Source: a bacterium (GTDB taxonomy: Bacteria; Bacteroidota; Bacteroidia; Bacteroidales; Paludibacteraceae). From it: a stretch of DNA of 64,000 bases. The stretch's first letter is position 1. Each line of letters starts with the position of its first letter. Of the stretch, positions 57,911 to 64,000 are shown one piece after another. The position numbers and the translations under genes are program-made. The notes under the pieces are model-generated. The model made no database searches, was not told the DNA's origin, and was given only the letters and a program-made list of their open reading frames with translations. The stretch is from assembly GCA_963591775.1 (NCBI GenBank), contig CAVATM010000010.1, positions 27,727 through 91,726 of the forward strand, given 5' to 3'.

Positions 57911-59362
57911 TTACTTCGTCACGATAGGTTTGTATCTCGGTACAAGGGCTTTCATGATGGCCCATGCAATCAGGTAAGCGCAACCACAGAAAATGAACAT
58001 AATGAAGTAACCCGCGGGTTTACCCTCGAAGCCCAAGAAACGGAAGGCTGCGCCTGCGTTCTCTGCGTAAGTGAAGAGGTTACCAGCACAGGTCTGGATC
58101 AGCAACGAGCCAACACCGCCTGCCATAGCACCAATACCCGTGATAGTGGCAATGGTAGATTTGGGAAACATATCACCAATAGTAGAGAATAGGTTTGCCG
58201 ACCATGCTTGATGTCCTGCACCTGCCAGACCAATCAGAATAGCCGGCCACCATGCGCTGTATCCACCTAACGGCTGTGCCAACAAAGCACAGATCGGGAA
58301 GAACGCAAAGAGCAACATAGAGAGCATACGGCCGCTATACGGCTCCATACCCTTCTTCTCTACAAAGTACTTAGGCAGATATCCGCCGAAGATAGAGAGA
58401 ACCGTCACAATGGCATAGAGGGTGAATATAAGCGCTTGCCCCATACCGCTCGATGCCTTGTAACCGAACTGGTTCTGGAAATACGAAGGAGCCCAGAACA
58501 GGAAGAACCACCATACACCATCGGTAAAGAACTTACCGGCAATGAATGCCCAAGTCTGCTTGTAGCCAAAGCACTGAATCATCGGGATAGATTTCTCCTC
58601 TTGAGCAGGCTCTGCAACCTTGGCTGTCTCAAGGATATCGTCTTGGTGGATATACGCCAACTCTGCCTTATTGACATGCTTCGATTGCTCGGGCTTGTCG
58701 TACATAAAGTGCCAGAAGAATATCCATATAAAGCCCAGGGCACCAATGATGATGAACGCCAACTCCCAGCCAAATTTAGCAGCCAAAGGCGGAATGCAGA
58801 GAGGTGCTGCCAACGCACCAATCGATGCACCTGCGTTGAAGATAGAAGTAGCGAAGGCTCGATCTTTCTTCGGGAAATACTCTGCAGTCACCTTGATGGC
58901 AGCGGGGAAGTTCCCCGCCTCACCCAACGCCAAGATACCACGGCATAGCAAGAACAAATAGACCGATGTGGTGGCAATAGCCAACGCTGCATTGGAGCCG
59001 TACTCCACTGCCTTCATGGCAGCCAACGACTCAAAGCCCTCTATATGCATAGTAGCCCATCCGCAACCTGCGTGCAAGCAAGCGCCGAGCGACCAAACAA
59101 AAATAGCAATGATATAACCTTTCTTCGTACCCATCCAATCGACAAAGCGTCCTGCAAAAAGGCAGGCAACCGCATAGAAAATGGAGAAGAAACCCGTAAT
59201 CATACCATAGTTGGCATCCGTCCAATGGAATTCGGGTTTGATAAACTCTTCCCAAGTAAGGGAAAGAACCTGGCGGTCAAGGTAATTAACAGTGGTCGCT
59301 ACGAAGAGCAGCGAGCAAATCCACCAACGCCAGTTTGACATAAGTTTCTGTTGTGTAGACAT
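57911..59362 (-). CDS. exuT: MFS hexuronate transporter
   Basis: 483 aa, 12 TM, NYLDRQ motif, in an operon with uxaC/kdgK/eda. Confidence 0.85.
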   Translation of the reverse strand: MSTQQKLMSNWRWWICSLLFVATTVNYLDRQVLSLTWEEFIKPEFHWTDANYGMITGFFSIFYAVACLFAGRFVDWMGTKKGYIIAIFVWSLGACLHAGCGWATMHIEGFESLAAMKAVEYGSNAALAIATTSVYLFLLCRGILALGEAGNFPAAIKVTAEYFPKKDRAFATSIFNAGASIGALAAPLCIPPLAAKFGWELAFIIIGALGFIWIFFWHFMYDKPEQSKHVNKAELAYIHQDDILETAKVAEPAQEEKSIPMIQCFGYKQTWAFIAGKFFTDGVWWFFLFWAPSYFQNQFGYKASSGMGQALIFTLYAIVTVLSIFGGYLPKYFVEKKGMEPYSGRMLSMLLFAFFPICALLAQPLGGYSAWWPAILIGLAGAGHQAWSANLFSTIGDMFPKSTIATITGIGAMAGGVGSLLIQTCAGNLFTYAENAGAAFRFLGFEGKPAGYFIMFIFCGCAYLIAWAIMKALVPRYKPIVTK

Positions 59363-59433
59363 TGTGTATTTATGGTGTTTAAGGACAAAAGCCCGCCCGC
59401 ACCATGCGGCACGAGCGGTCTTCTATCAGGTAA

Positions 59434-60099
59434 TTAACGAGCCGCCTTGATAATCTCGAGGCACTCTTTGCACTTATTGGTAATGTATGCCCAGTCGGCA
59501 GCGGCAATAACCTCTTTCGGGAACAATTTCGAGCCCATGCCTACGCAATAGACACCAGCCTTGAACCACTTCTCGAGGTTCTCCTTCTCGGGAGCAACAC
59601 CGCCCGTAACCATGATTTTAGACCAAGGCATCGGTGCCTTAAGCCCTTTCACCATGTTTGGACCATATACATCGCCAGGGAAGAGTTTCGTCAGGTCGCA
59701 ACCCAATTCCTGTGCCTTACCAATCTCCGATACCGTACCGCAACCCGGGCAGTAGGGAACCAAGCGGCGATTGCAGACAGGCGCAATCTCGGGGTTGAAC
59801 AACGGACCTACTACGAAGCAAGCACCCAACTGAATATAGAGAGCAGCCGTAGGAGCATCTACTACAGAGCCGACACCAAGTGCCAATTCCGGGCACTCCT
59901 TGGCAGCCCACTTGACCAATTCGCCAAATATCTCGTGTGCGAAATCGCCACGGTTGGTGAACTCAAACGCACGGACACCGCCCTCGTAGCATGCCTTAAC
60001 GACATTCTTGCAGAGATCGAGGTCCTTGTTGTAGAAGACAGGTACCATACCCGTCTCATTGATTTTAGCCAATACGGCTAACTTATCAAACTTTGCCAT
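59434..60099 (-). CDS. eda: KDPG/KHG aldolase
   Basis: 221 aa. [11 protein letters not shown], and a TIM-barrel aldolase pattern. Confidence 0.9.
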   Translation of the reverse strand: MAKFDKLAVLAKINETGMVPVFYNKDLDLCKNVVKACYEGGVRAFEFTNRGDFAHEIFGELVKWAAKECPELALGVGSVVDAPTAALYIQLGACFVVGPLFNPEIAPVCNRRLVPYCPGCGTVSEIGKAQELGCDLTKLFPGDVYGPNMVKGLKAPMPWSKIMVTGGVAPEKENLEKWFKAGVYCVGMGSKLFPKEVIAAADWAYITNKCKECLEIIKAAR

Positions 60100-60112
60100 T
60101 GTAATAATTATT

Positions 60113-60205
60113 TTAGACCTCTCCTACCCTTCCAAAGGATGGGCTCATGGGAACTTAGTTCTTATACCTAATTTCTGTAAGCCCTATCTTGAAGGGGTTG
60201 GAGGA
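60113..60205. repeat. imperfect-palindromic intergenic element related to the rlmN insertion
   Basis: The arms CTCCTACCCTTCC and GAAGGGGTTGGAGGAG can pair. AGACCTC, CATGGGAA and the right-arm segments recur in the same order at 39587-39660. Confidence 0.45.
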
Positions 60206-60211
60206 GTTTAT

Positions 60212-61234
60212 TTATCGTTGTACGCGGCCGTTAGCGTTGCCACCGGCGAGGGCTTCTACTTCTTCTACCGAAACAAGGTTGAAGTCGCCATTAATAGTGT
60301 GCTTCAGTGCGCTGGCTGCTACTGCAAATTCCAATGCCTCACCCTGGGTCTTCTTGGTAAGCAGACCGTGGATAAGTCCACCCGAGAACGAGTCACCACC
60401 ACCGACACGGTCGATGATAGGATTAATCTCGTAACGCTTCGACTGATAGAACTCCTTACCATCGTAGATAAGGGCTTTCCAACCATTGAATGTAGCGGAG
60501 TAACTCTCACGCAAGGTAGATACGACATACTTGAAGCCGAACTCCTTAGCCATCTGCTTGAAGATACCTTCGTAGCCGGCTGCATCAGTTTGACCACCCT
60601 CTACATCTGCGTCCGGCTTGAAGCCCAAGCAGAGTTGTGCATCTTCCTCGTTACCGATGCAGACATCGACATATTGCATCAACGGACGCATAACAGAGAT
60701 TGCCTTCTCGCTCGTCCAAAGTTTTTTACGGAAGTTGAGGTCTACCGATACCGTAACGCCGTGGCGCTTAGCTGCCTCGCAAGCAAGACGGGTAAGTTCT
60801 GCAGCCTTGTCAGAGATAGCAGGGGTGATACCACTCCAGTGGAACCACTGTGCACCCTCCATAATAGCATCGAAATCAAAATCCGATGGGTCAGCCTCTG
60901 CAATAGAGGAGTGTGCACGGTCGTAGATAACCTTAGAGGGACGCATGGAAGCACCGGTCTCTGCATAGTACAGACCGACACGGTCGCCACCGCGTGCCAC
61001 AAAGTCGGTGTTCACACCGTAACGACGAAGCGCATTAACGGCAATCTGACCGATTTCGTGCTTCGGCAGTTTACTTACGAAATACGCATCGTGCCCGAAG
61101 TTAGCGCACGAGATAGCCACATTAGCCTCTCCACCACCGGGGATGATACGGAAAGACTCTGCTTGAATGAAACGATCGTTGCCGTTCGGCGAAAGGCGAA
61201 GCATAATCTCGCCCAAAGTAACAATTTTAGCCAT
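60212..61234 (-). CDS. kdgK: 2-dehydro-3-deoxygluconokinase (PfkB family)
   Basis: MAKIVTLGEIMLRLSP N-terminus and DRVGGGDSFSGG signature. Confidence 0.9.
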   Translation of the reverse strand: MAKIVTLGEIMLRLSPNGNDRFIQAESFRIIPGGGEANVAISCANFGHDAYFVSKLPKHEIGQIAVNALRRYGVNTDFVARGGDRVGLYYAETGASMRPSKVIYDRAHSSIAEADPSDFDFDAIMEGAQWFHWSGITPAISDKAAELTRLACEAAKRHGVTVSVDLNFRKKLWTSEKAISVMRPLMQYVDVCIGNEEDAQLCLGFKPDADVEGGQTDAAGYEGIFKQMAKEFGFKYVVSTLRESYSATFNGWKALIYDGKEFYQSKRYEINPIIDRVGGGDSFSGGLIHGLLTKKTQGEALEFAVAASALKHTINGDFNLVSVEEVEALAGGNANGRVQR

Positions 61235-61303
61235 TGTGTTGTAGTTAGTAGTGAAAAAGCAGAGCCTGCACATCGGTGCCGACTCTACTTATTTCGTGTA
61301 TAG

Positions 61304-62719
61304 TTAAAAATTAAAGTAATTCTTTGCGTTGTTGTAGCAGATGTCTTCTACCATCTGTTGGAGGCGGGCTTTCTCGTAGCCTGTATAAGGAATCAAACCG
61401 TTCTCTACATCGTTGCCCAAGATATTGCAGAGCGTACGACGGAAATATTCGTGGCGAGGATAACTCAAGAACGAACGGCTATCGGTCAACATACCGACAA
61501 AACGACTCAACAGACCGAGGTTGGAGAGCGCCATCATCTGCTTCTCCATACCATCCTTCTGGTCGAGGAACCACCAGCCCGAACCGAACTGGATCTTACC
61601 TGCCACAGAACCGTCTTGGAAGTTGCCCAACATAGTGGCAATCACCTCGTTAGCGCACGGGTTGAGGTTATACAAAATAGTCTTTGCCAACTTGCCCTCC
61701 ATATTCATCTCGTCGAGGAAGTGTGCCATTGCCTTAGCGGTAGTGAACTCACCAATAGAGTCGAAGCCCGTATCGGCACCCAACAGATTGAACATCTTGG
61801 TATTATTATTGCGGATAGCACCGTAGTGGTACTGCTGCGTCCAGCCGGCATTATAGTCCATCTCGGCCTGCATGTGCAGGAAAGCGTGCTTGTACTGGCG
61901 AATCTCGGCAGTAGTGAGTGCTTTGCCTGCAAGCGCCTTATCAAGGATAGCGTTCAATTCGACAACAGTGTATGCCTCGTCGTAGAACTCCTCAATACCG
62001 TGGTCAGACAGACGGCAGCCCATAGACTGGAAGAAGTCGTGACGCTTCTGCAATGCGTCCGTCAGGTCGGCAAAAGTATGAATTTCTACGCCGCTGACTT
62101 GTGCGAGTTTCTCGATATAGGCTTTCCATGTAGCCGCCTCGATATTCATTGCTGCATCGGGACGCCATGCGGGAAGCATACGGGTCTTGCAAGTGGGGTC
62201 TGCGGCAACTACCTTGTGCCACTCCAAGCTATCGGCAGGGTCATCGGTAGTGCAGACAATCTCTACATGGTAGTGCTCCATCATGCCGCGCGGGCAGAAC
62301 TTCGGGTCGGTAGCAATCTGATGGTTGCACTCGTCGTAAATCTCTTTCGCTGTCTCGGGATTGAGCAGTTTCTCGATACCGAAAGCAGTCTTCAACTCGA
62401 GATGCGTCCAATGATAGAGAGGGTTGCGGAAGGTGTACGGCACAGTGGCAGCCCACTTCTCGAATTTCTCCCAGTCTGTGGTATCCTTGCCCGTGCAGAA
62501 ACGCTCGTCCACACCGTTGGAGCGCATGGCACGCCACTTGTAGTGGTCGCCCATCAGCCATATTTGCGCAATCGACTCGAAACGCTTGTTCTCGGCAACC
62601 ATCTGCGGAATAAGGTGGCAGTGGTAGTCGATAATCGGCATCTTCTCCGCATGCTCGTGATAGAGTTCCTTCGCAGTCTCGGTCTGCAAGAGGAAATCCT
62701 TGTCCATAAATTGTTTCAT
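61304..62719 (-). CDS. uxaC: glucuronate isomerase
   Basis: FMDKDFLL...PIIDYHCHL N-terminus and about 471 aa. Confidence 0.95.
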   Translation of the reverse strand: MKQFMDKDFLLQTETAKELYHEHAEKMPIIDYHCHLIPQMVAENKRFESIAQIWLMGDHYKWRAMRSNGVDERFCTGKDTTDWEKFEKWAATVPYTFRNPLYHWTHLELKTAFGIEKLLNPETAKEIYDECNHQIATDPKFCPRGMMEHYHVEIVCTTDDPADSLEWHKVVAADPTCKTRMLPAWRPDAAMNIEAATWKAYIEKLAQVSGVEIHTFADLTDALQKRHDFFQSMGCRLSDHGIEEFYDEAYTVVELNAILDKALAGKALTTAEIRQYKHAFLHMQAEMDYNAGWTQQYHYGAIRNNNTKMFNLLGADTGFDSIGEFTTAKAMAHFLDEMNMEGKLAKTILYNLNPCANEVIATMLGNFQDGSVAGKIQFGSGWWFLDQKDGMEKQMMALSNLGLLSRFVGMLTDSRSFLSYPRHEYFRRTLCNILGNDVENGLIPYTGYEKARLQQMVEDICYNNAKNYFNF

Positions 62720-63070
62720 TGTGTTTTGATAATAAAAGTAGTATTGTGTTTTTGATGTATGCAATAATGAGTTTTAATGCTCGCAGCATTCTCGAAACCA
62801 AGAGAAACCCAAGGTGCTTTAAGGGCTATTTGAGAGAGTTGGTTCGGGAGTGGCTCGGGAAAGAATGATTTTTTTACTCCAAAAAGAATAGATTTTTCAC
62901 TCCAAAATTCACCCAAACTACGACTCGAAACAGATACTCGGTCGGCCTTGTACCTTAGGACAATGATTTGGTCGGCTTTGAACATAGACTCGGTCGGCTT
63001 AGAGAGGGAACTCTGTCGACTCGAAACGAGTACTCTGCAGCCCTAGAACGCTGTGCTTTTTTAACGAGTG

Positions 63071-63078
63071 CAAAGATA
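63071..63078 (-). promoter_or_regulatory. -7 box TATCTTTG (minus strand), about 350 nt upstream of uxaC
   Basis: Exact TAnnTTTG match. Confidence 0.4.
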
Positions 63079-63315
63079 CACTTTTGGGAGCAGATAGATG
63101 TGGAAAAATTGACGCAAAAATTACCAAAAACACACATTTGAACGATTTTTCCCTTTTTATGGGGTATTGCAACCTCTGTCTTGAAAAATTTTGCACCCAC
63201 AAACGCAACAAGAATAGAAAACGCAACTGGAATAGGAAACGCACCCAAATAGTTCACTTATGTATAAACATGCCCCTGTCACGGGATACAACACCAGATA
63301 TTTGAATTACGCTAA

Positions 63316-63323
63316 TATCTTTG
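63316..63323 (+). promoter_or_regulatory. -7 box TATCTTTG (plus strand) with no ORF downstream in window
   Basis: Exact TAnnTTTG match, 171 nt upstream of element copy C. Confidence 0.35.
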
Positions 63324-63465
63324 GATTTTAATACACCAAGCAATACTCCTATTTTCAGGGGTGTGAGATGGCAAATCTCCCTACATAGCAGCAATTATTA
63401 ACACAGAAGCAATTATTAACATATTAAATTCCATTACAGCGAGCATAGAGAGAGCATAAAATGGT

Positions 63466-63615
63466 GCGATATAGAACATATAAGACCCTAAAGTGGTAGG
63501 GCAATGGTAGGGCGATACATCAGAGATTAGTCGCTAATCAACAAGAGATACCCCAAACAGCAGGTAAAATTGGACATATCGCCGTTCGTACCATTATTAT
63601 ATTTTAACGATACTT
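63466..63615 (+). repeat. copy C of three-copy conserved noncoding element (core 63494-63541)
   Basis: About 43/49 core identity to copy B by hand count. Flanks (AAAGTGG..., GCAGGTAAAATTGGACAT, ATTTTAAC) also align with B. Confidence 0.8.
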
Positions 63616-63627
63616 TTTTGGGGGGAA

Positions 63628-63825
63628 GTATCAATTCCGGGGAGAGCGATGTATATGGTGCATGTGTGGGGGGCGTATCACATTCAGGAAAGAGTATAGT
63701 AATTCAGAGGAATTATTATGTATTTGATCTATACGCCATGTATTTAGAGGGAGTATGTACTTCAGGGGGAGGACTATTATGTATTTGGGTAGTGTTTGTA
63801 TGTACTTCGAGAGAGGTTATTATGA
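63628..63825. repeat. degenerate tandem repeats, about 20-25-bp period (GTAT...TTCAGRGGA / ATTATGTATTTG)
   Basis: ATTATGTATTTG x2, GTATGTACTTC x2 and GTAT(C/A)NNAATTCAG(G/A) x2 recur in phase. Confidence 0.6.
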
Positions 63826-64000
63826 AAAAAAAATGCAGCAGAATAATACCTAAACCATAGCAGCGTCAGATCCGCCAAGAGGAAGGTTATCATAAAACAT
63901 AAAAAGGAATGCGGCAAATACCCCAATTACGGATTGGAGTACCCCGATTACTTTTACAAAACAGGGGCTGTTGCACAGAAAGAAAGAATGCTGTACCTTT

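Noticed and set aside
61358-62755. 465-aa ORF antisense to uxaC, plus similar antisense ORFs at 60059-61303 (kdgK), 53392-55299 (dnaK), 46425-47615 (mutS2) and 22212-23189 (susC)
   Set aside because: Each one shadows a confidently identified gene. The translations are low-complexity with no domain signatures.
63570-63860. 96-aa ORF at the window end
   Set aside because: It lies over degenerate tandem repeats. The translation is repetitive and G/V/Y/C-rich with no motif.

Overview
This 64-kb window looks like a chromosomal segment of a Bacteroidota (Bacteroidales-type) genome. The evidence is a SusC/SusD pair, many lipoprotein signal peptides (..AC/SC..), recurring TAnnTTTG -7 promoter boxes just upstream of genes, and GGCTGTC...GACAGCC-type terminator hairpins. 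I call about 45 protein genes. I see no rRNA, tRNA, CRISPR array, transposase or integrase. Gene order: methylmalonyl-CoA mutase mutA (partial) and mutB; recQ-family helicase; MlaD-like protein; SPOR-domain amidase; pyruvate:ferredoxin oxidoreductase nifJ; a DUF4143-type AAA ATPase; a 16.4-kb minus-strand polysaccharide utilisation locus (13396-29752). That locus combines SusC/SusD, three or four glycosidase-like genes and an E. coli aga-like galactosamine/tagatose-6-P module (AgaS, GatZ/KbaZ-like, PfkB kinase), with a divergent DeoR/AgaR-like regulator. Housekeeping genes follow: class I fumarase, M23 peptidase, dxr, rseP, acetyltransferase, DUF4293, MscS, rlmN and GNAT. Next are an AT-rich islet with an orphan FRG-domain gene; a minus-strand block (DUF2520, M20 dipeptidase, phosphoesterase, OM barrel, mutS2, DUF721, LysM glucosaminidase); a two-gene cassette of unknown function; dnaK; an AT-rich type II restriction-modification islet; and a hexuronate operon (uxaC-kdgK-eda-exuT). 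I did not find a convincing new multi-gene protein system. The most unusual signals are noncoding. (1) A conserved 50-150 nt element carrying an internal TGGTAGGG direct repeat occurs three times, each inside an unusually large (0.8-1.3 kb) ORF-free region. (2) An in-frame ~100-nt purine-rich, partly palindromic insertion in rlmN appears related to an intergenic element between eda and kdgK. (3) There are several helically phased tandem-repeat arrays in intergenic regions. All similarity statements are by-eye or hand counts and no database search was possible.
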